In this document: positions 9,151 to 17,495 of the stretch, piece by piece | Layout of the letters: the number at the start of each line of letters is the position of its first letter | Position numbering within the stretch: position 1 is the stretch's first letter | Source of the DNA: Candidatus Latescibacterota bacterium | Lineage (GTDB): Bacteria > Latescibacterota > UBA2968 | Assembly (NCBI GenBank): GCA_965204375.1 | Contig: OZ241986.1 | Span: 5,696,001-5,760,000, forward strand | Direction of reading: 5' to 3' | DNA: 64,000 nucleotides | Made by a program: the position numbers and the translations under genes | The notes under the pieces: generated by a model | What the model was told of the DNA's origin: nothing | Databases searched by the model: none | The model's input: only the letters and a program-made list of their open reading frames with translations

Positions 9151-9971
9151 TCATCAACAACATCGGTAAAACGCACATCAGACGGTATGAGCTTGCGTCT
9201 GGACAATTCCTTTTTAATACGACTGGTAAGATCAGTGGCGAAACTGTTCTCGTAGCGCGTGTCAAATACGTACGCTTTCACCACGAGGTGTGTCAGATGA
9301 GTCTCTTCAAATTTATCCTTGACATTGACCACCACTGGCTTTTTAAGATATGCGAGCCTGGAAGTAAGCACGGCTTCGTGAGCCACGTCCTCAATCTCTT
9401 TCAGGTCAGCCCGTGCTGGCAGGTATATATCTACAACAACCTGGCAGTCGAGGTTCCCGGCATTGGTGTTCGACACACCAGAGGTCAGTAACGTGGAGTT
9501 CGGTACGGTGACGAGTGAGTCATCAATCGTCTGTAGCTTTGTGCTGCGCAGACCAATTGACACGACTTCGCCGTAATAAGAGCCTACTGTCACGCGATCG
9601 CCGATTTGGAAGGATCGATCAAACAGCACGACGATACCGCCAATAAGATCATTGAGCAAATCTTTCGCAGCAAGCCCAAGTGCCAGGGCGATTGATCCCA
9701 GCAGGGCGAGCAGGGTATTCTGTTCGGGTGCGATAATAACGATAGAATAATAAATCGCAACCCCGTAAATACCGATACGCAACAGGGGCTGGACGCGCTT
9801 GAATAGCAAGCGATGTGAAGGAAATCGGTTGGCCCCAAAATCCAATATAAGACGGATAACCGTTGTCACCGCATAAGCTATCGCAATCACCAGCAGGGCA
9901 GCCACGATTTTGGTAGCGTTAATATGTAAGCCACCGTTTCCTGTGAGTTGTTCGAGAGGGGAAGTATCCAT
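9147..9971 (-). CDS. MscS-family mechanosensitive channel
   Basis: 'ALGLAAKDLLNDLIGG...DRSFQIGDRV...GEVVSIGLRSTKLQT.DDSLVTVPNS'. Confidence 0.92.
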   Translation of the reverse strand: MDTSPLEQLTGNGGLHINATKIVAALLVIAIAYAVTTVIRLILDFGANRFPSHRLLFKRVQPLLRIGIYGVAIYYSIVIIAPEQNTLLALLGSIALALGLAAKDLLNDLIGGIVVLFDRSFQIGDRVTVGSYYGEVVSIGLRSTKLQTIDDSLVTVPNSTLLTSGVSNTNAGNLDCQVVVDIYLPARADLKEIEDVAHEAVLTSRLAYLKKPVVVNVKDKFEETHLTHLVVKAYVFDTRYENSFATDLTSRIKKELSRRKLIPSDVRFTDVVDD

Positions 9972-9994
9972 GATGCTCAGATTCCTGTTTCAGA

Positions 9995-12565
9995 TTACAA
10001 GAGACCGCGTCCTTCCAGCATTTCCTCTACGGCATCCAAACCGATGGGATTGATGCGGAAACGCGCCGATTCCTGATCGAACTCGAGAATATTGTCGTTC
10101 CACAGAATCTCGAGTTCCAATCTGGTCTGGATGAGATCTTTGTCGAGTATTGTCGATAATTCGGCAGCAGTAAGATTGTCGTGCTGCAGCACCGCGATTA
10201 AAATAAAAGCCTGATCAAGCGAGAAATTGCGCACAATACCAAGGTCAATTTCGCTGACGGGATTAACCATAAGGAGTTCGTTTTCCGAAGACTCAATCGA
10301 CCGCAACCAGTACAGAAGAGCGACAGAAATATTCTCCTTGCAGATCTCCGCCAGATTTTTGAAATAGATCTGGGCCAGCGCGTCCTGAACGGCTGGCTCT
10401 TCTGACCGTCGCCAGCGACGCACGCGCCGCCGCAAAACTTTTTCCAACTCCTTATTTATAGCATAGCGCAAACGATAGCCACTCTGGTTGTGACGCTGCA
10501 TAATCATCATCTGTAACTCCGCCGGTTGCCACACGCGAATTCCGACCTCAAAGTGAAATAGGCGATTCAGGGGCAGCCACATACCGAGATAGTTGCGCGC
10601 ATGCTGGTCAAGAGAAATACCCCAGAGTATGTGGTGATTAGTACGCGCGATGAGCCAAAGCAGGTGCTGGATCGCATCCAGACCCCCGATACTTTTGAGA
10701 AACAGATTGTGACACTCTTCGAGTATCACAGTACGTCGTGGTCCTTGCAGCAAGCTCAGAGCCAGATCGTCAAAACTCGCCACATCCTCGATCTCAAGGA
10801 CATTTGCCAGATAGGACACCAGCTCAGATTCGGTCGTCATCTTGCGCTCAATTGCGGATCGAGTTACGACCGAAGCGTCGTCGAACAATCGCAAGATGGC
10901 AATATTCAAAAGCGTCGTTTTGCCCGCGCCCCGTTGCCCGAATAAAATAATGGAAGAAGTAAGGCCATCTTCCCAGCGCTGAATCGCCTGATCAATTGTA
11001 GCCAGTTCGTCGTCAAATCCGACAAATAACGTCTCGTCATTCAAAGAATCGAAAGCGAAATGAGCGACGTAGTCTTCAGGTAGTCCGAGTTGCCTGATTG
11101 ACTCCAAATTGGCCTGATCGAGTGCCAGACGGACTTCGCGATCGACCGGTGCCATTAAACCCAGGCGACGCAACACGGGTTTGATGATACTGGAAACAGC
11201 ATTGAATAGCACAACTCCCTGTGCCCGAAGAAATGAAAATAAGCGCAGCAATACCTGTCTGCACGCTCTCAGTGCTGTCAGAATTCTCTGGCGGACAAAT
11301 CGCCCGAGCTTTGTAATCCAGAACGCAATCCAGCCATACCGAACAGCATCCTGACCGACCAGTTCCAGCCTCTCCTGATGCTCGCATTCAAGCTCCCACA
11401 GCAATGACTCCCACGCCATTCGGGCATAGTCGTTGAGGTCTCGCAATCGATTGATCGCGCGATTGAACCCCATCTGAACATCGGGCAATAGTGTGCCATC
11501 GTCCTGCGACAGGCCATTATCAACCGTATTGAGAACATATCTCAGCGTACTAAAAACACTGTCCAACCCCTCGAGCGATCCTTCAACACGGATTTTTTCG
11601 AATTGCTGATAAGAGGTATCGGCTCTATTCTCCAAATCGCTGAAATGGGAAGCACCAATCTGGCGCAGTGGAACAAGCCGGTAGCTGGTTCGATCTTTCC
11701 AATTCAGATCGTGCTCATAACTGACCTTTTCTGACACATTGTCGAAAACCGTGGCAGAGTTTTGGAATGCGTCCCGATTTAAAGCCTCCACCTCAGCCAA
11801 CATATTGGGATTACATAAATCCGCATGAAACGAGTCGAAAATGTGTTGCACATTTTCGCGCGTCTGGGGAAGTGATTCTTTCAGAGCCTGAGGACGGCGG
11901 CGTAGTTGGATCGATACATCTTGTTGTATCCTCCTTAAGTCCTCGATTACGGACTCCGCACGCTGGCGGACAGAGTGCAGGTCTTTCTCTTGCTCAGCAC
12001 GCACTATTTGGCGCACCTCAAATAGTTGGCGTCGGATGTTCCCAATAGCTACCCTGTAGCCCGTAATCTCCTCTGGAGGATCAACGTAGTTATGAGTAAG
12101 ACGAATAAGATCGACCAATCGCGGGCAGCGCAATAGACGCAGCAATCGCAGATCGAACAACACGATAGAAAAGAAAAAATTTAGAATGACAATGAGATCG
12201 GCGATCTGCAGCGGGCGAAGTCCAAAACGCAACCGGGTGGCAAGGTGTGTTCCCCCAGCGGCCTGGACAGACCACATACGCGCCAGATATTCAACAATGA
12301 GCAAGCCAATAAATAGCCATTCGAACCAGTAAGAATAATAAAGAAAATAATAATGCAGGATATCTTTACCCGGCCACCACTCGAACCGCTGCAGATACGC
12401 CATGAGGGTTTTCGGCCACCATATATCGAGGCATTGAACACCCGTACTAAAGAGCACAAGAACGAGTATTGCCCAGTTGATTCGCCGGCTGAACAAGTCG
12501 CCAGGACCGGCGACTTCGAGAATTTCGTATGTTCGATTTTTTATTTTTTTAAAAAAGGCGATCAT
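9995..12565 (-). CDS. Fusion protein: ion-transport S1-S4 voltage-sensor-like domain, helical region, P-loop (AAA-like) ATPase and probable winged helix
   Basis: N-terminal 'YEILE...EYLARMWS...IADLIVIL...DLRLLRLLRCPRL' (S2-S4 pattern). Walker A GQRGAGKTT and Walker B 'TVILEE'. C-terminal 'LTAAELSTIL...TRLELEILWNDNIL'. Confidence 0.75.
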   Translation of the reverse strand: MIAFFKKIKNRTYEILEVAGPGDLFSRRINWAILVLVLFSTGVQCLDIWWPKTLMAYLQRFEWWPGKDILHYYFLYYSYWFEWLFIGLLIVEYLARMWSVQAAGGTHLATRLRFGLRPLQIADLIVILNFFFSIVLFDLRLLRLLRCPRLVDLIRLTHNYVDPPEEITGYRVAIGNIRRQLFEVRQIVRAEQEKDLHSVRQRAESVIEDLRRIQQDVSIQLRRRPQALKESLPQTRENVQHIFDSFHADLCNPNMLAEVEALNRDAFQNSATVFDNVSEKVSYEHDLNWKDRTSYRLVPLRQIGASHFSDLENRADTSYQQFEKIRVEGSLEGLDSVFSTLRYVLNTVDNGLSQDDGTLLPDVQMGFNRAINRLRDLNDYARMAWESLLWELECEHQERLELVGQDAVRYGWIAFWITKLGRFVRQRILTALRACRQVLLRLFSFLRAQGVVLFNAVSSIIKPVLRRLGLMAPVDREVRLALDQANLESIRQLGLPEDYVAHFAFDSLNDETLFVGFDDELATIDQAIQRWEDGLTSSIILFGQRGAGKTTLLNIAILRLFDDASVVTRSAIERKMTTESELVSYLANVLEIEDVASFDDLALSLLQGPRRTVILEECHNLFLKSIGGLDAIQHLLWLIARTNHHILWGISLDQHARNYLGMWLPLNRLFHFEVGIRVWQPAELQMMIMQRHNQSGYRLRYAINKELEKVLRRRVRRWRRSEEPAVQDALAQIYFKNLAEICKENISVALLYWLRSIESSENELLMVNPVSEIDLGIVRNFSLDQAFILIAVLQHDNLTAAELSTILDKDLIQTRLELEILWNDNILEFDQESARFRINPIGLDAVEEMLEGRGLL

Positions 12566-12619
12566 AAATTAATCCACTGCAACAATCGTTCAATGCGAAA
12601 AATCAGATATTTTTTACCT

Positions 12620-12709
12620 TTAGTGTGTCGCGATCTCCGTCGCCAGATGCAAAACCGCATCGCCGCGATGCACCAGGGGCGATATGGTCCGTCCAATCAC
12701 CAGGCCATT
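12620..12709 (-). pseudogene. C-terminal remnant of a succinylglutamate desuccinylase/aspartoacylase-family gene
   Basis: The minus frame reads NGLVIGRTISPLVHRGDAVLHLATEIATH*, resembling the family terminus G.VIGR...PLV..GDA..H.A. An in-frame stop lies just upstream. Confidence 0.6.
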
Positions 12710-12817
12710 CCTCCTTGAATTTCACGAATGCTTTCTGCCAGAAGTCTCAGGTTTTACTATAGCTGTCAAATCCTAAATAATCTGCTATGAGTCTATCTGT
12801 CAAGCATTTGTACACAG

Positions 12818-12850
12818 AAGCCCCGGACATTATTCAACGCCCAGGGCTTC
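12818..12850 (-). terminator. Possible hairpin downstream of the CmpX-like gene
   Basis: GAAGCCC...GGGCTTC inverted repeat with a large loop and a weak T-tract. Confidence 0.35.
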
Positions 12851-12915
12851 TATTCCTTAGCGATCACAGCGTTATACAGATATTCCAAACACCAATCCAC
12901 ATATCGAGAATAGTG

Positions 12916-14535
12916 TTACTCTTCCTTTGAGTCCGAAGGGCTATTCTTGTTTATTTCTTCGAGACTCTGTGTCCATTGCTCCATCTGTTTTTTCGCCAGA
13001 TCGCGCCCTCCCATGCCGAACGCAATCGCGGCGGCGATAGCTGCTGAACCGAGGATGAGTCCGAAGGCGAGAGTAATGATCTCATTTGCGATGCCCATCT
13101 GCCCGAGTGCCATAAAGAGAGACAGTGCTACGATCGCAACCCGGACGATTGTACTGAGTATGCTGCCATAGGCACCCCCTTTTCTGGACGCGATGCGACC
13201 GAATATAGATGCGAGGTAAAGCCCGAAACCGAAGATCACCACGCCCAGGACGACCTTGCCAAATAGCAGCGTCAGCGTCACGAACATGCCTGCCAACTCC
13301 TGGAATCCGAGTTGCGCGGTTGCCTCAATAGCCGAGAAGAGGAGGACAGCCACCATGGCGACATATCCCGCTATTTGCGAAGGTGGACGATCCAACGCAA
13401 AGGTTGTCGCCACTGTTGAAGATGGGCGGTCCCCCTCAGAGGTCGCCTCCGCAATGGAAGGCGATTGTTCCTCAGCAACGGTCACTTCCGCTATTCCGAG
13501 GCGTTGTAGCAGCGTGTTGAAGCCTATTTGTCTGAGCACATCGTCAACTATGCGGGATACTAATTGAGCCACCAGATACCCGATGAGGAGGATACCTCCA
13601 GCGACCAGGATAGACGGTACTGCGGCCAATACCCCCTCCAGCATAGAACTGGCGGGATCGGAAATAGCCTCGAAGTTTAGCGATTCGAGTGCGGCGATCG
13701 CTGCGAATATCAAGATGACTGCATAAGACAATGTACCGGCAAGCCCCGAAAGGCTTTCGATACCCAGTCCAGTTGCCAGCCCCACGCGACGACCAAAATT
13801 GTTTATCCCGGTGGCGTCGAGGATGTTGGTGATTATCTGCTGGACGATGCGCGCACCGAGCCAGCCGATTAGCATGATGAGGGCGGCGGCGAACAGGTTG
13901 GGCAGGAAGCCGATAATTTTGGCCATCATTTGCTGTACTGGTTGTAGCAATCCCTGCAATCCCAGGACATCCAGGATAGCCGGGAGTAGCACGAGAAACG
14001 TGAGCCAGTACACCACGTTGCCGATTGTCTGCGGCAGCCCGCTCTCTGTTGCGGTCTCAAGCCCGGCTGGTTCAGCCAAACGTTGCTCGATATTTGCTCG
14101 TGATAGCACGGCCGTTACGATTCTTCGCAACAGACTACCCACGAGCCAGGCAATCAAAAGCAGCGAGGCGGCGCCCAACAGCTTGGGTAAGTAGATCAAA
14201 ATTTGGCTCAGCATCGCGTTGAGGGGGACGGTCACTGTCGTCAGGTCGAGTATCTGAAAGAAGGCAACGAGCACGAAGATCATCACCAGATAGAACACTG
14301 CCTTGCTGATCCAGCGTTCAACGTGGATGTTCGCGGCGGCGTCGCGGCCCATGACCAGTTCGAGCAATCTGTCATCTACTTGCGTTTTGAGCAGAACTCG
14401 ACGGACGACCCAGGACACCAGATGAGCCACTATCCATCCGAACACGAGGATAGTAAAAGGTAAGATGATATGTGCAAAGGGTGAGAAGTATTGCTCCCAC
14501 CATTCCCAACCTTCAAACATATTTGCTATTTCCAT
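12916..14535 (-). CDS. CmpX-like 'conserved TM helix' repeat protein (MscS-associated family)
   Basis: Repeated TM_helix units (YLPKLLGA, FLPNLFAA, AVPSILVA) and C-terminal 'IITLAFGLILG..A...AIAFGMGGRDLA'. Start moved to 14535 because it follows the RBS GAAAGGA and the sigma54 promoter overlaps 14607. Confidence 0.85.
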   Translation of the reverse strand: MEIANMFEGWEWWEQYFSPFAHIILPFTILVFGWIVAHLVSWVVRRVLLKTQVDDRLLELVMGRDAAANIHVERWISKAVFYLVMIFVLVAFFQILDLTTVTVPLNAMLSQILIYLPKLLGAASLLLIAWLVGSLLRRIVTAVLSRANIEQRLAEPAGLETATESGLPQTIGNVVYWLTFLVLLPAILDVLGLQGLLQPVQQMMAKIIGFLPNLFAAALIMLIGWLGARIVQQIITNILDATGINNFGRRVGLATGLGIESLSGLAGTLSYAVILIFAAIAALESLNFEAISDPASSMLEGVLAAVPSILVAGGILLIGYLVAQLVSRIVDDVLRQIGFNTLLQRLGIAEVTVAEEQSPSIAEATSEGDRPSSTVATTFALDRPPSQIAGYVAMVAVLLFSAIEATAQLGFQELAGMFVTLTLLFGKVVLGVVIFGFGLYLASIFGRIASRKGGAYGSILSTIVRVAIVALSLFMALGQMGIANEIITLAFGLILGSAAIAAAIAFGMGGRDLAKKQMEQWTQSLEEINKNSPSDSKEE

Positions 14536-14590
14536 GGCAATTCCTTTCTCCATATTGAATGTTATCTTTTTTCCTGCCAGGCAAAATAAC

Positions 14591-14606
14591 AGCAAATCCC
14601 GTGCCA
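14591..14606 (-). promoter_or_regulatory. sigma54 (-24/-12) promoter driving the CmpX-like gene and probably the channel genes
   Basis: Minus strand reads TGGCACGGGATTTGCT, an exact consensus match. Confidence 0.92.
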
Positions 14607-14682
14607 CTCTTAGAGTCGCCCAATTTGGTGATTATTACATAGTGTTGTACGATATCGGGACCGGAGCTTGACAATCGGAGTC

Positions 14683-14734
14683 GTGACTACGACATTGTGA
14701 CTACGACATTTTGTCGTTACCAGTCATTTTGACG
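14683..14734. promoter_or_regulatory. Probable enhancer (UAS) for the adjacent sigma54 activator
   Basis: 14-bp tandem repeat GTGACTACGACATT x2, overlapping the palindrome ACGACA-TTT-TGTCGT (14703-14717), about 100 bp upstream of the sigma54 promoter. Confidence 0.7.
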
Positions 14735-14834
14735 TAGTGCATAACATGAAGAGGTTGTATTCCACATAGTAATGATGTAACTTTCTTTCATCTCGCTTAA
14801 ATAATTTCAATTTTGATAGAGGTTCATACCACCG

Positions 14835-16247
14835 ATGCAGGCATTTTCCAGTCCAATCGCTTATACGCCTTTGCTCGGCAGCGTGTTTGTTGCCGATAGC
14901 AACCCGAAACACCTGGAAATCGTGACCAGAATCCTGCGAGAGAACGGTTGTGACGAAGTTGTCGGAGCGACTGATGGCACCGTCGCGGAGCAACTGCTCA
15001 AAACGCAGTCTCTGGATGTGGCGATCATAGATATCAACATGCCGGGTGGTATGCAGTTGCTGAACATAGCTATCACACTGACGCCACCGCTGCCGGTAGT
15101 TATCTTCACCTCTTATGCGACTGTAAAACAAGCGGTACAGGCCATGCGGTTAGGTGCCGTTGATTACGTGGTCAAGCCGGTTGATGCCAACGATCTGCTG
15201 ACTGCCGTACATCGTGCACTTGAACGCAAGCGGGTATTTGACCACGTTTCAGATAAACGGGTGGAGGCGAGGACGGAATTCGGCGAATTGCTGGGGACCT
15301 CTAATGCAATGCAGGCGGTGTTTGACCAGATCCGACGTGCGGCACCTTTCAAATCGACGGTTCTGATCACGGGCGAAAGTGGTACCGGGAAAGAGTTGGT
15401 AGCAAGTGCTATTCACTCTCTCAGTGCCGTGAGCAATGGGCCTTTTGTTGCCATCAATTGCTCGGCTCTGCCGGTGGGATTGGCTGATAGTGAGTTATTT
15501 GGACATGAGAAAGGTTCTTTTACCGGGGCGACACAGGACCGACAGGGGCTTTTTGAAGCAGCCCAGGGAGGGACCCTCTTCCTTGACGAAATAGGGGACT
15601 TAGATATGCAGGTGCAGACGAAATTATTGCGCGTGCTGGAAGAACAGAAAGTCCGACACCTTGGAGCAAGCCAATTTATCGATGTCAACGTGCGCGTTGT
15701 CGCGGCTTCAAATGTGGATCTGACGACGGCGGTCAAAATGGGACGATTCCGGGAAGACCTGTATTACCGCATCAACGTCATTCATATTTCCGTCCCATCC
15801 CTCAGATCTCGAAAGTCGGATATCCCTCTGCTGGTGCGGGTTTTTGCCGAGCGTTTCGTAGATCAGAACGGGATCACTCCCGTTGAAATAGCGGATCGAT
15901 GTCTCGACCGTATGGCCGAATACGACTGGCCGGGAAATGTCAGGGAACTAAAGAACATGGTTGAGCGTCTGGTGATCTATGCCGCAGACGGAAACAGGGC
16001 AATTGGAGAGAAAGATATCGAGTCCATTTTGCCAATTGATGATAGAACCACTTCCTTGGAAGATTCAGAATCTCAGAAATCGGATTTCGTGCCGAGAAGG
16101 CTGGACGAAGCAGAAAGGAAGATGATTTTAGATACGCTCAAGCATACCGGCGGAAATCGCACTCAGAGCGCCGACATTTTGGGTATCAGTGTGCGAACGC
16201 TGCAGCGGAAAATCACAGAGTACGGTGTTACGTCTCAGAAAACCTGA
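14835..16247 (+). CDS. sigma54-dependent response regulator (NtrC/AtoC/ZraR family)
   Basis: Receiver (DINMPG, VKP); AAA+ motifs GESGTGKE, ELFGHEKGSFTGA, FLDEIG, WPGNVREL; C-terminal Fis HTH. Confidence 0.95.
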   Translation: MQAFSSPIAYTPLLGSVFVADSNPKHLEIVTRILRENGCDEVVGATDGTVAEQLLKTQSLDVAIIDINMPGGMQLLNIAITLTPPLPVVIFTSYATVKQAVQAMRLGAVDYVVKPVDANDLLTAVHRALERKRVFDHVSDKRVEARTEFGELLGTSNAMQAVFDQIRRAAPFKSTVLITGESGTGKELVASAIHSLSAVSNGPFVAINCSALPVGLADSELFGHEKGSFTGATQDRQGLFEAAQGGTLFLDEIGDLDMQVQTKLLRVLEEQKVRHLGASQFIDVNVRVVAASNVDLTTAVKMGRFREDLYYRINVIHISVPSLRSRKSDIPLLVRVFAERFVDQNGITPVEIADRCLDRMAEYDWPGNVRELKNMVERLVIYAADGNRAIGEKDIESILPIDDRTTSLEDSESQKSDFVPRRLDEAERKMILDTLKHTGGNRTQSADILGISVRTLQRKITEYGVTSQKT

Positions 16248-16279
16248 ACCATCATTATTGTCCGTTTGTACATTATTCA

Positions 16280-16292
16280 CGACATAATGTCG
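16280..16292. promoter_or_regulatory. Second copy of the CGACA-N3-TGTCG palindrome
   Basis: CGACATAATGTCG has the same core as 14704-14716. Confidence 0.55.
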
Positions 16293-16405
16293 CATGATCG
16301 CGTAATTTGCATTCTACTTTCAATGGCTTACTATATCAATACCGGCTGGGTTAAAGACATCACGTTGGATGAGTTGGCACTGGAGTCTCTGGCAAAGGAG
16401 GGCGC

Positions 16406-16789
16406 ATGAGCGTGGTGCAGCAGCGGGGAATCTATTGCGTCCTCGCTTGTTTTTTGTTCGCTTCTTCTTTGGGTGTGGAAAGCCTCCTTATTCGTCTGGT
16501 CAATGGTCTGAGGCTGGAGGTGAGTTTGGATTATCGGCGATCATTGGGGAGCGTAAAATTGCGGTCGCGAGTGCGCAGTTTTACGGGGTTTACAGATCGG
16601 CATGTGGTGTCTTTAGAGAATTATAATTCACTCGCTTTTCCATTGGTTGGCGCGTTGAGTTTGTCTGTGCAGCAGAGCAATTTTTTGTATCGGGTCAATA
16701 AAATTCGCAATACGCCTGTTGATGGCATTGCCAATCGGTGGGATCTGACACTCGGTTTGGTTTATGATTTGGGGTGGAAGTGGTATTGA
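16406..16789 (+). pseudogene. Probable internally deleted outer-membrane beta-barrel gene
   Basis: RBS AAGGAGG and a signal-peptide-like start, joined directly to a few amphipathic beta-strands ending 'WDLTLGLVYDLGWKWY'. Confidence 0.45.
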
Positions 16790-16820
16790 GATCGAGCGTA
16801 ATTATGTTGATTTTACCTCA

Positions 16821-17108
16821 TCAAACAAGCTCAAACTTGCGAACCTTTATGTCGCTTGTTTTTGTTTGTATCTGGGCCAAGTCATAGTTTATTTGCTGAC
16901 GCAACCAGCTTTCTGCACTGCCGCCAAAAGCCTTCGAGAGACGTACTGCCATTTCCGTGGAAATGCCATTGTGTCCGTGAATCAGCCGAGATAAACTCGT
17001 GCGAGTTACACCCAATCCTTCGGCAGCTTCTGTAATGGACAGGCCAAGCGGCTCAAGACATTCTTCCAGAATAAATTTACCGGGATGAGGAGGATTCTTC
17101 ATGGGCAT
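16821..17108 (-). CDS. higA: HigA-family antitoxin (XRE HTH)
   Basis: '[10 protein letters not shown]...[23 protein letters not shown]...AESWLRQQ'. Confidence 0.95.
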   Translation of the reverse strand: MPMKNPPHPGKFILEECLEPLGLSITEAAEGLGVTRTSLSRLIHGHNGISTEMAVRLSKAFGGSAESWLRQQINYDLAQIQTKTSDIKVRKFELV

Positions 17109-17120
17109 GATATTCTCCTT

Positions 17121-17399
17121 CTAATGATAGTCTTCATAATTGACATCGGCTACATCTGATTGTTCAAAGCGGAAGGTGACGCGCCAGTTTGCACGCACTG
17201 TGATGGCCCATAAGCCAGATCGATTTCCTCTGAGTGGGTGTAAACGAAAACCGGGAAAATTCATATCTACTGGACTTTCGGCGACTTCAAGACGTGCCAA
17301 GATATTTTTAAGTTTACTCACATGTTCCGGATTCACACCACGCGAGTCATCTCTTTTATAGAGTCGTCTCAATCCCCGATGTCTAAAATTCAATATCAA
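17121..17399 (-). CDS. higB: HigB-family (RelE-like) toxin
   Basis: 'FRHRGLRRLY...PGFRLHPLRG...WAITVRANWRVTFRF...DVNYEDYH'; toxin-first gene order. Confidence 0.95.
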   Translation of the reverse strand: MILNFRHRGLRRLYKRDDSRGVNPEHVSKLKNILARLEVAESPVDMNFPGFRLHPLRGNRSGLWAITVRANWRVTFRFEQSDVADVNYEDYH

Positions 17400-17422
17400 A
17401 TGCTATGTCCCTAAAATTCTAA

Positions 17423-17451
17423 ATTTTAACAGATAATACAACACCTGTCAA
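17423..17451 (-). promoter_or_regulatory. sigma70 promoter of higBA
   Basis: TTGACA-N17-TAAAAT on the minus strand with an extended -10 TG. An imperfect ACAG...CTGT palindrome overlapping the spacer may be the operator. Confidence 0.8.
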
Positions 17452-17495
17452 TGCTAACAAGATGATATAAGTGTGTGAATTTGGTGTAATCCTTA

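Noticed and set aside
9995-12565. Conventional voltage-gated potassium channel
   Set aside because: No S5-pore-S6 segment or TxGYG filter follows S4.
14536-14607. N-terminal extension of the CmpX-like ORF in the ORF track
   Set aside because: It overlaps the sigma54 promoter. The RBS supports the start at 14535.
16375-16390. Functional sigma54 promoter
   Set aside because: The -24 TGGCAC is present but the -12 reads TCTC instead of TTGC. Kept only as a possible decayed site.
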